IMG/VR virus record: IMGVR_UViG_2616645027_000001
Origin: a virus
Direction: 5' to 3' (one strand)
Length of the DNA: 57,742 bases
In this document: positions 17,587 through 25,652 of the stretch, one piece after another
Layout of the letters: the number at the start of each line of letters is the position of its first letter
Position numbering within the stretch: the first letter of the stretch is position 1
Program-made: the position numbers and the translations under genes
The notes under the pieces: model-generated
Databases searched by the model: none
What the model was told of the DNA's origin: nothing
What the model saw: the letters and a program-made list of their open reading frames with translations, nothing else

Positions 17587-19141
17587 ACACATAGTCAAAT
17601 ATAGTTTTGCCGTTAATGTGATTAACCAAGGCGCGTTTACCATTTGTATATATTAAGCAGTCTGTTAGCATCCACGTACTGTACCCTCTAGCATAAGGCA
17701 TCCGATCGGTACTGGTACCCACTTGCCAACACCCTTTTTCAATACACGGCGTGTGGCTGTGTCCTATCACAACCTTAAATGTTGTTTTAGCGAATCCTTT
17801 TGCGCTACCACGGGCACCGTTAGTGCCTACATCTCCATGTTGAGAGGTGTCAATAGTGGCTATCATCTTTGGATCATTGCGATCCAAGAACTCATAAGGA
17901 ACTGAGCACCCCCACTCATTAAAACAGGTCTCTAATGCCGATTGGTTCGTACCGTACATATGTGAGGATAACCAACCATGAAATTTAGCGTTGGCAGGGT
18001 CTTTATGCACATTGTATTTATTGTGCCATTGGTCTAGATGATCATTATGGTTAGAACCAACAATGTAGTTTAGTGTGCCTTGGCCCAACCGTTCCAGATA
18101 ATCGATCGACATACGTACTTCATCTTCAATGAACACGTCACCTTTCAATGCCATTTCTACTCGTTCACGAACGGTGTTGTGGTGCGACCCTATGTGTTGG
18201 TCATGCAGGTCATGCCAAACTTGTATTTCTGGTCGTACTCTGGCGTTAATTCTGTGTTTTGACGCCGATATCTCAGCGATTTCATGCCATACATGGCTGT
18301 CACCATGTACGATATTCGCGACAGCGGGCTCCTGTGACAGGCCATTTTCGGTCCAGTACTCATCCCCGAAGCAAAAACCGTTACCGTCCCACCCCAGCTG
18401 TATGTAATGAAACGCGCCGCGAATAACCTTAATGTAAACGGCGTAAAGGGTATGGTAGAACTTAGCCTTGCCTCCGGCATCGGTAGCCGAGTACTTCGCC
18501 CGGTTGCAAGAACCTGTGGTCATCATAACCTTTGGCGTTTTATTTTTAGGAGTGCCCACCAACTCCATAGCCAATTGTGGGTGCCCATAAATTGCACTTT
18601 TTTGCCCAGATAAGGCTTGCTTACCGGACAAGGGATTAACAGCCGTTGCATTAAGTCTGTGAGAAGAGATCACTAACTTGTTACCTAAGTGTAGGTCCTT
18701 GGTAAGTGCATACGGTTCTATTTCGGTAGGCCAGTTAAGTCCTTTCTCCTTCTGTTTCCTGATCGCATTTGGATTAGCATACCTGACAGGTACTACAAGT
18801 AACTGTCCCTCTCGATGATCAGAGAATTTTTTTAATGCTTGTAGGAAAGGCTTGATCAACGGAGAATCGTTAGTGCAGGAGGTGACAATAAAATCTTTAC
18901 TCTTTCGAGCAGATTTTAAATCCAAAGTGGAGGGGCACTGGATGTCCCAGAAGGATGAAAGCTCTGGGTTGTGTGGTGGGAGGGTAATGTCAAGCAATTC
19001 TTCAACTGCTCTTCTATTTCTATTTTGTTGTCTTGGGTCTTTTGTTATGAAGCCAGCCTTCTTCATGGCATCGGCTAGTGATTTTGATTCCGGCCAAACT
19101 GCAACGAGTTTTTTGGCCTTCTTTAAAGAAACGGTTGCCAT
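17585..19141 (-). CDS. Metallophosphoesterase-fold protein (calcineurin-like; phosphatase or Mre11/SbcD-type nuclease), 518 aa
   Basis: The C-terminal half has, in order, HGDSH, GSNHNDH (GNHD/E-like), HGD and GHSH. The N-terminal roughly 270 aa are unassigned. Confidence 0.45.
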   Translation of the reverse strand: MATVSLKKAKKLVAVWPESKSLADAMKKAGFITKDPRQQNRNRRAVEELLDITLPPHNPELSSFWDIQCPSTLDLKSARKSKDFIVTSCTNDSPLIKPFLQALKKFSDHREGQLLVVPVRYANPNAIRKQKEKGLNWPTEIEPYALTKDLHLGNKLVISSHRLNATAVNPLSGKQALSGQKSAIYGHPQLAMELVGTPKNKTPKVMMTTGSCNRAKYSATDAGGKAKFYHTLYAVYIKVIRGAFHYIQLGWDGNGFCFGDEYWTENGLSQEPAVANIVHGDSHVWHEIAEISASKHRINARVRPEIQVWHDLHDQHIGSHHNTVRERVEMALKGDVFIEDEVRMSIDYLERLGQGTLNYIVGSNHNDHLDQWHNKYNVHKDPANAKFHGWLSSHMYGTNQSALETCFNEWGCSVPYEFLDRNDPKMIATIDTSQHGDVGTNGARGSAKGFAKTTFKVVIGHSHTPCIEKGCWQVGTSTDRMPYARGYSTWMLTDCLIYTNGKRALVNHINGKTIFDYV

Positions 19142-19146
19142 ATAGG

Positions 19147-19191
19147 GCTCCTATTTTAAGACAAGACTTTATCTTACCATAAAATAGGAGC
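19147..19191 (-). promoter_or_regulatory. 12-bp perfect inverted repeat sequestering the SD of the 518-aa gene
   Basis: GCTCCTATTTTA (19147-19158) pairs with TAAAATAGGAGC (19180-19191). In the mRNA the AGGAG SD lies in the 3' arm, 7 nt before the ATG at 19141. Confidence 0.5.
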
Positions 19192-19196
19192 TGGTG

Positions 19197-20732
19197 CTAC
19201 TTACATTTTATGAACTTTACCGCTGTTCTCTCTTTACCGTTTGCTAATGTGCCGACCCTTGCTTGAGTGTGCGCCATAACACCAATAACGTCGCCCGGCA
19301 TGTATTCTATTTTATGTTTTCCTACGGTCTTGTGCTCGATGCTTGAGCAGCCTATCCCTTTCCTGATTTGGCCTGGCCGAAAATGATCAACAGGCCACTG
19401 TATTACTTTACCACCGCTAATAAATCTATAACTTAAATTGCCGTTAACTATAACATCCCTTCCGTTAGCGTCTTTAGAGTGAAACTTACCTTTCCAAACG
19501 TTCTTTTTAGTGTGATCTAAAATAGTTTTATGGGAGCTAATTTCAGCGCGAGTTATTTTTGATGTAACAGGCCAGTTGTTCGGGTTTGCTCCAAGCCCAA
19601 CAATAACTGGCTTACCTCGATAGTCGGCCGCTGTGTAAAGCTTGCGAGTTGGCTTTGTTGGGGGCTTTGGCTTAACAGGCAACGGCTTTAAATCACGCAT
19701 GATGTTAAAACCAGCCTTAGCCCGATTCATTATTGCGGTATAGTTTTTATATCCTTTGTAGGTTGCAGGTGAGCCGCTTAGCGCCCTATCGAAATTCATA
19801 AAGTCGGATATTCTGAGCGGAATATTGTGCTTACGCCCCTTTCTGCTTTGCAACAAATTCAATTCAGCGGCATGTTTCATTATCGCAGGGCTGAATACAG
19901 CATCCCACGCCCTAATGCTACGGTTATCTTTTATAAGCTTATTTTCATCGCCATTACCAGCAACGGGCATTTCGTCGATAAGAACACGATACTCTGGAGA
20001 ACCAATATTGATAATCTTAATCTTACCTTTAAGGTACTTAGCAGCCTCTCTAGCGCCTCCGCTGCGGAGTTCGTTGCTAGTGCCGAACAAAGTTCCTACT
20101 AGTGTTATGTTAGCCTTATTAGCACCTTGTTTAACGGCCTGAGCAACATCTCCAGCAGCGCCACCCATAGCAATTGTAAGCTTTCCTTTTTTAGACTCGC
20201 GTACAATGAAGTCAGATAGTTCACTTCGTCCTGAATGATCGATCCTATGTCCGTATAAGACAGGAATATCTAAACCAGATAGAGCAACAATTTTCCCAGC
20301 AACGTGATTGTCCAGCCCTTTGGTAGTAGATGTAACACCAATAGCCATTGGTAATTGATTCTTATGTAAACCAAGAGCCAAAGTAAATAGTAAATCTTGA
20401 GGTCCGTTTGCATCACCATGAAACCCAGCGCTTAGGCTAGTAACCATGTCATCAATGTAGATGATGCGCCCAGTGTTGAAGTTTGTTGGAGGAGGTTTAG
20501 AGTTATCACAATCAACGCCATAGTAAGGAGGTCGCTTTTCAGCCTTTCCGCTAGTTACGTAATGCTCCCAAGCGCCAACACCAGCCTTTGCAACATCATC
20601 ATTTAGTATTAAGTAGGCAGGCGCATCAAAACACGCAGGCGGGTTACCAATTCTAGGCTTTTTATCGTCGTCATCATCACACCCAACAAGTGTAACGGCG
20701 ATTAAAAAAGGAAGTATAAACTTTTTAAACAT
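19197..20732 (-). CDS. Large lipoprotein, 511 aa, Asp at +2 (inner-membrane retention type)
   Basis: ATG 20732 follows GGTGGT. MFKKFILPFLIAVTLVGCDDDDD carries lipobox LVGC. It starts 4 nt after the o-spanin stop. A weak nucleoside-hydrolase-like segment and a Pro/Lys linker PVKPKPPTKP are present. Confidence 0.6.
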   Translation of the reverse strand: MFKKFILPFLIAVTLVGCDDDDDKKPRIGNPPACFDAPAYLILNDDVAKAGVGAWEHYVTSGKAEKRPPYYGVDCDNSKPPPTNFNTGRIIYIDDMVTSLSAGFHGDANGPQDLLFTLALGLHKNQLPMAIGVTSTTKGLDNHVAGKIVALSGLDIPVLYGHRIDHSGRSELSDFIVRESKKGKLTIAMGGAAGDVAQAVKQGANKANITLVGTLFGTSNELRSGGAREAAKYLKGKIKIINIGSPEYRVLIDEMPVAGNGDENKLIKDNRSIRAWDAVFSPAIMKHAAELNLLQSRKGRKHNIPLRISDFMNFDRALSGSPATYKGYKNYTAIMNRAKAGFNIMRDLKPLPVKPKPPTKPTRKLYTAADYRGKPVIVGLGANPNNWPVTSKITRAEISSHKTILDHTKKNVWKGKFHSKDANGRDVIVNGNLSYRFISGGKVIQWPVDHFRPGQIRKGIGCSSIEHKTVGKHKIEYMPGDVIGVMAHTQARVGTLANGKERTAVKFIKCK

Positions 20733-20736
20733 AATA

Positions 20737-20988
20737 TTACCACCACTTAGTATTTGATTTCTTAACATATTCCTCTACTTTTTCAGCATGTGCTTCTAAA
20801 GCATCTCTATCGGCTTCGCATTGTGCAAGCGCTAACGTTACTTGATCACGACTAGGGTCAAGGGAAAGAGGAATATGTGTTACAGTAATAGGTTTCTGAA
20901 AGGCTTCAGGTATCGTTGTCGCGCAACCGCTTACGACGCTCAAAATAAGTACCGTCTTTAATAGCTTGCTTAGATTCGCGTAGTTCAT
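20737..20988 (-). CDS. o-spanin (outer-membrane lipoprotein), 83 aa
   Basis: MNYANLSKLLKTVLILSVVSGC carries lipobox VSGC. The start lies inside the i-spanin gene in another frame. Confidence 0.65.
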   Translation of the reverse strand: MNYANLSKLLKTVLILSVVSGCATTIPEAFQKPITVTHIPLSLDPSRDQVTLALAQCEADRDALEAHAEKVEEYVKKSNTKWW

Positions 20989-21193
20989 TTTCGTGCTCCA
21001 ACTTAATCTGGTTTGTTCGTCGAATATCGGCCTTGTCAACCTCGGCCTGTTTTTTAACCCTACGAATCTGCTTCCAAGTACTTATCTTACCCCTTAGAAA
21101 AAAGATAAGTAGGCCTACCATACCAACCACTACATATACTAGCTCAGAACTACCGCCGAGATACCCCGACAGCAGTTCTTTGATTGCATCCAT
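20906..21193 (-). CDS. i-spanin, 95 aa
   Basis: Has an N-terminal TM span (LVYVVVGMVGLLIFFL) followed by a charged coiled coil. Overlapped architecture with the o-spanin. Confidence 0.65.
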   Translation of the reverse strand: MDAIKELLSGYLGGSSELVYVVVGMVGLLIFFLRGKISTWKQIRRVKKQAEVDKADIRRTNQIKLEHENELRESKQAIKDGTYFERRKRLRDNDT

Positions 21194-21199
21194 TGGAGG

Positions 21200-21403
21200 C
21201 TAGCCTTCCTTAGAAATTGCTTTCAAGAAAGTCATAATTGCCATATAAGTAGCAAAAAGACTAGTCCAAATAACGTCTGCGTGTTCCATATACAAGGGGA
21301 GGTCTACTCCGTAATTGGCTAAGAACGCAGTGACTATAGCATAAATACCTGTCGTTCCGTGACGTTTCCAACCCTTAATAAAGTTATCGATTTTTTCAAA
21401 CAT
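21200..21403 (-). CDS. Holin candidate, 67 aa, two TM spans
   Basis: TM spans are GIYAIVTAFLANYGV and VIWTSLFATYMAIMTFL. It lies between the endolysin and the spanins. Confidence 0.55.
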   Translation of the reverse strand: MFEKIDNFIKGWKRHGTTGIYAIVTAFLANYGVDLPLYMEHADVIWTSLFATYMAIMTFLKAISKEG

Positions 21404-21424
21404 TTTAGTTTCCTTAAATTTTAG

Positions 21425-21853
21425 TTAGGCGTTCGCCCAATTAGTTGCTTCGGCAAGGCGTCTACGCACCAAACCCTTGATCCGGGCTCCCCCGCTTTTA
21501 TTCCATCGAGTAATTTCTTGAGGTACCTGAAGATATTTACCTTCATTAAGTACCCGCAGTAAGGTAGACCTAGCAAACTGAGAGGCACCTATATTATACA
21601 CTAAGCTAACCAGCATGTCAAACTGACGTTGGTTTATTGTTGCGGTAACAAGTTGCTCCACCGCTTTCTCCGCCCACCGCACATCCTCTTTAAAAAAGGA
21701 CTTAGCCTGTTCCTCAGTAATACATTGATCCGGGCCAGCAGTTTTAGTGTGTCCATATCCGATTGTCCAAACACCCTTAACATCTTGATAAGAGTTAAGT
21801 TCTAGTCCTTCCCACTTTTGTAAAAAGTCACGTCCTTCAGCACTAAGTATCAT
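21425..21853 (-). CDS. Endolysin, GH24 (T4-type) lysozyme, 142 aa
   Basis: KWEGLELNSYQDVKGVWTIGYGHT matches the E-8x-D-5x-T catalytic signature. Confidence 0.85.
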   Translation of the reverse strand: MILSAEGRDFLQKWEGLELNSYQDVKGVWTIGYGHTKTAGPDQCITEEQAKSFFKEDVRWAEKAVEQLVTATINQRQFDMLVSLVYNIGASQFARSTLLRVLNEGKYLQVPQEITRWNKSGGARIKGLVRRRLAEATNWANA

Positions 21854-21858
21854 AATGC

Positions 21859-22158
21859 TTACGAGCTTTTCATCAAAAGCTTCAGTATATCGTCCACTTT
21901 CTCTTCTATTTTATCTACGTCCTGTTCTATTTTTCCAACATCGCGACGTATTCCTTCAACCTTCGTTGCCGTTGTTGCAACATTTGTTTTTAATGTTGCC
22001 TCTTGCAAGAGAATTAAATGAAGTTTTGCGTCCTGCTTGTCTAGTTCTTTGGTGTTTTGTGCGCTGGTGTACTTCACTGCGGCAAATGCCATTACGGCCG
22101 CAACTAAGTACGGCCCCCATGTTTTTAACGAGTCGTTCATTTTATTTTTTACTACCAT
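21859..22158 (-). CDS. Membrane-anchored coiled-coil protein (holin/antiholin or lysis regulator candidate), 99 aa
   Basis: TAATG coupling to the fibre gene. TM span is WGPYLVAAVMAFAAV, followed by a charged helix. Confidence 0.5.
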   Translation of the reverse strand: MVVKNKMNDSLKTWGPYLVAAVMAFAAVKYTSAQNTKELDKQDAKLHLILLQEATLKTNVATTATKVEGIRRDVGKIEQDVDKIEEKVDDILKLLMKSS

Positions 22159-25100
22159 TAAGTTGATTTCTTTATGTACGTCATACAGCTTTCTGCTGGC
22201 ACAACAGGAGGGTTACCAGAATCAAACACTTCGCCACTGGCGATACCAGTAGGTAAGTGGTCTGGGTCCGGCATAACGGGGAATTTAAGTATTTTCGCGC
22301 CCATTGTTGGCGAGAAGCTATTCTTGGTGCCGTTACAAATGGTGAGCATGTTGTCGTGATCTTTCGCCATTACGCGATTGTCAACATTGGTTCCCTTGAA
22401 TATCTCAACACTGTAAACATAGAGTTCTGGGGTGACTCCAGAAGTGTCATTAACCCTAGGCAGTTCCATTCTTAGTTTTCGTTGCAATGAACTAGCATCA
22501 TCAGCCCCAGTAATTCTATGACCTGTTACAAGCTGCACTCGTTCGTCTGGATTACAATAAAGTATTTTCTCTGTACGAGAACTATTCGCTTGACCCGTAG
22601 TTGCTCGGATTTGCCCGTGAACGTTACATCCAATGTTCCAACGAACCATTAAGTCATCGCCTACGTCGGCATCGCCAGTGGCTATAATTTCAATATTAGG
22701 CTTAACATGTGCCTGACCAAAAGCATATCCATTAGTCCAGCCCGATACCTTAAGGCGACCGCCGTCAACAGCCTCATGAACCAATGTGACACCACCAGAA
22801 TTGCCGCCGCCCGTATTCCAGTCTGTAATGTCGGTAGATGTTTGAAAGTCATAAGCAAGTTCTGGTGTTAGCGCATCTAGATTAACACCAGAAATGTTAT
22901 ATTTATCCCCCATCGACTGTCCGCCCCATTGACGATTATTAAAAATCGTCGTCTGGTTTCCAGCTGTGTTAGCAATAGCCGTGTCGTTGGTTAGATCAAC
23001 GGCGGCAAATAAAGGCCAGTTGTCGATCTCGTCGCCGCCAGAACCCAGCTTATAGTTCATTGGCGCGAAAGGCATATCACACATTAAGGACATTCCCCAT
23101 TTAGTGTAATAAGCATCATTAGTGGTAGGCGCTGCGCCGCCGTCGTCTGGATCGGGGTACATAAGCGTTTCGTGCTTAGTAACCAGCGCTGAATACCAAG
23201 GCTTAGAGCTGTAATTGTTTAAATAGCAAGCACGATGTATTTGCGCCATCATGTCTGGAAACGTTTCTTCATCATCGTTGATATGTTGACCGCCGCCGCC
23301 TACATGCTCTACTTGAGCAAACTTAGCGTTTGTCATGTAGCTTTCACCTGTGCCACCTGAACCATGAGGCAGGCCAGTAAATAACATTGTTCCAAGCTCG
23401 TGCGCTTCCTTCCATCGATTTACGCCGCCAACAATACCATCGTCGTTATATGTTCCGTTACCGTCGAAGTCGATTGGGAATTGACCGTGCTCGCTATAAT
23501 TTTCTTCTGTTACATCAGAACTAGACGCCTCAAATATTGCGTTTGTTAAATTTCCTGCGCCATCGTAGCCGATCGCGTCATCAAAAAACGCACTAGCTGC
23601 TTCAAAGTAAGTATTTCCATTTGCATCATCAAACCCGTAGTTGGGGTGAATCTGCATAACAAAGTTGAGTGTTTGGCTCGAGCCTTGACCGTCAAGCACA
23701 GGCATTATGCAAGACCCGGCCGGGTGTGCTATAGGGTCACCGCTGGGCAAACTAGAGCCAAAATACCTAACGGGACTGCTTGAGTTAGGCATCACCACAC
23801 GCGACACAACCAAGCTAGAAGCGTTTATCGTATCTACTTCAAATAATTCTGCATCACTGAACGGCGTAGCTGTTGCATTTTCAGTTGCAAAGTCGCAAAC
23901 CCCCGAAGTATGCGGAGTCCAAACCACTACTGATTTGTTGGTGTGAAACCAATCATCGCTTAGGCCGGTTTCATTTACTGGATATGTCGCTGTACCTGTG
24001 TTTGTTATGGCGGCAACGGATGCGCTTGAAGTGGCCGCTTCAACGGGTATAAAATGACCTGTATAAACACTAAAATCACTTACGGGGCTGGTGCTTTGCG
24101 GGTCACCACCATCGGTTACAGGCCCAAGCTTGGTAAGCAACATACCATGCGAGTTCCAAGCCCCAGAATTTTGATAGGATCGCGGCGCGTTGTAGCTTTG
24201 AATATCTTGAAGCGATTCGTAAAATATTCCTAATGGATCAGTAGCGCAGTTGCTCTGAATGTTGTCCATTTCATCAGTGGAACCTTGACGTACAAATAGA
24301 GCGTCATACTTACAACCAGCCGCCCAGCCAATAGTAGTTAAACCAAAGTTAATCGACTCCGCCTCATTACGAACGATGCTAGGAAATCCGTTAAATCTAG
24401 CAGCTTCTCTAGCGTTCATAGTGTCTTCGGCAATCTGCCTTGATTGCGGCATACTGTCGATTGGATTGTTGGACTTTAAGCCCTCAAAGAACAACGACGC
24501 AACGTTACCTATAGATGGAAAATAGATTGACGTGCTCGCAGCTAAATCGACCTTTTCAATCTGTAGTTCAGAGAACGCTGTATTGATTAATGCATCACCT
24601 GTGTCGGAGCCAGAACCGTCGTAGTACAGTTCCACTCGAAACTCAACATAATCGTTTACGTCAACCCCAAGCATTGCGTTAACGCAGGCTCTAGCGTTGC
24701 GTTGAGCTGCGGCTAAATCCCTGTAGTAAACACCCGCTCCTTTAACCTCTTTTCTAACCGCGTCGTTTGAATTGTTTAAAGTAACCTTGATTACAGGTAC
24801 GTGCTGATTATCCAATCCACTATCATTAGTCGCGGCACAAGCATGTACCTGATACAACCCTGCCGTAGTGAATGTAATTCTATTATCACCGTTAGTAAAA
24901 GCAGCTATGTGGCCGCTGGTATCGGTCGCGTCATAGGAAAGCAATTGCTCAGAACCGTCTTGAGCAATGAATACTGAACTTGAAACATTGCCCAAGAAGG
25001 TTGCCACTAAACTACCTTCGGCTGATCCGCTGGCAGTTAAGGCATCAACCTTGTTTGCTACCGCCTGAACGTCCGTGTCGTTAGTATCTAGATTGCCACT

Positions 25101-25652
25101 AAAGCCGCTTGCGTCGACGGGAACCTGTGCCGCTGTTTGATCGTCACTGTGAGCGCCGGGGAAAAAGTTAGCAACACCAGTACCGTTGTAAAGCCTTAAT
25201 GTATCGTTAGCACTGTTCCACGTTAATTGACCTGCTATCGTAGGTGGCAAGTCCTGCAATATGGTTTCTGGGCTAAGGTCATTAGTGAACTCACTTAACA
25301 AAGTCGGGGTGTTAGCAACCTCTGTGTAATCAACCGCCCCACTATCAATAGAGATTACTGAACCAGCGGACGACACAGTCACATCACCATAGTCTCCGTC
25401 AGCTAGCCCCCCCGCCCCACCTAAAACAAAGGCATCTATTCGGTCAACAACTTTTTGAATAGTATCATCAAGTGGGTCAAGTGTCCCAGCAAAACCACTG
25501 GAATCTACTGGAATATCACCTGTGTTGCTTAGGTGGCTAGGCTCGATTGATAACGTAGCCGTATCCAGCGTTTGTTGGAGTTCGTTAGGGTTTATCTGGG
25601 CATAGGTCTGCCCCGCTAGTATTAAGCTAGCAATAAATAAAATTCTCTTCAT
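22158..25652 (-). CDS. Large tail fibre / host-recognition protein with N-terminal signal-peptide-like segment, 1164 aa
   Basis: Last structural gene of the tail module. MKRILFIASLILAGQTYAQ is followed by a duplicated fibre motif PVD(S/A)SGF(A/S)G.LD...D.Q. Confidence 0.7.
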   Translation of the reverse strand: MKRILFIASLILAGQTYAQINPNELQQTLDTATLSIEPSHLSNTGDIPVDSSGFAGTLDPLDDTIQKVVDRIDAFVLGGAGGLADGDYGDVTVSSAGSVISIDSGAVDYTEVANTPTLLSEFTNDLSPETILQDLPPTIAGQLTWNSANDTLRLYNGTGVANFFPGAHSDDQTAAQVPVDASGFSGNLDTNDTDVQAVANKVDALTASGSAEGSLVATFLGNVSSSVFIAQDGSEQLLSYDATDTSGHIAAFTNGDNRITFTTAGLYQVHACAATNDSGLDNQHVPVIKVTLNNSNDAVRKEVKGAGVYYRDLAAAQRNARACVNAMLGVDVNDYVEFRVELYYDGSGSDTGDALINTAFSELQIEKVDLAASTSIYFPSIGNVASLFFEGLKSNNPIDSMPQSRQIAEDTMNAREAARFNGFPSIVRNEAESINFGLTTIGWAAGCKYDALFVRQGSTDEMDNIQSNCATDPLGIFYESLQDIQSYNAPRSYQNSGAWNSHGMLLTKLGPVTDGGDPQSTSPVSDFSVYTGHFIPVEAATSSASVAAITNTGTATYPVNETGLSDDWFHTNKSVVVWTPHTSGVCDFATENATATPFSDAELFEVDTINASSLVVSRVVMPNSSSPVRYFGSSLPSGDPIAHPAGSCIMPVLDGQGSSQTLNFVMQIHPNYGFDDANGNTYFEAASAFFDDAIGYDGAGNLTNAIFEASSSDVTEENYSEHGQFPIDFDGNGTYNDDGIVGGVNRWKEAHELGTMLFTGLPHGSGGTGESYMTNAKFAQVEHVGGGGQHINDDEETFPDMMAQIHRACYLNNYSSKPWYSALVTKHETLMYPDPDDGGAAPTTNDAYYTKWGMSLMCDMPFAPMNYKLGSGGDEIDNWPLFAAVDLTNDTAIANTAGNQTTIFNNRQWGGQSMGDKYNISGVNLDALTPELAYDFQTSTDITDWNTGGGNSGGVTLVHEAVDGGRLKVSGWTNGYAFGQAHVKPNIEIIATGDADVGDDLMVRWNIGCNVHGQIRATTGQANSSRTEKILYCNPDERVQLVTGHRITGADDASSLQRKLRMELPRVNDTSGVTPELYVYSVEIFKGTNVDNRVMAKDHDNMLTICNGTKNSFSPTMGAKILKFPVMPDPDHLPTGIASGEVFDSGNPPVVPAESCMTYIKKST

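Noticed and set aside
17723-19145. Several plus-strand ORFs antisense to the 518-aa gene
   Set aside because: They are short, overlapping, lack an SD, and run opposite to the operon direction.
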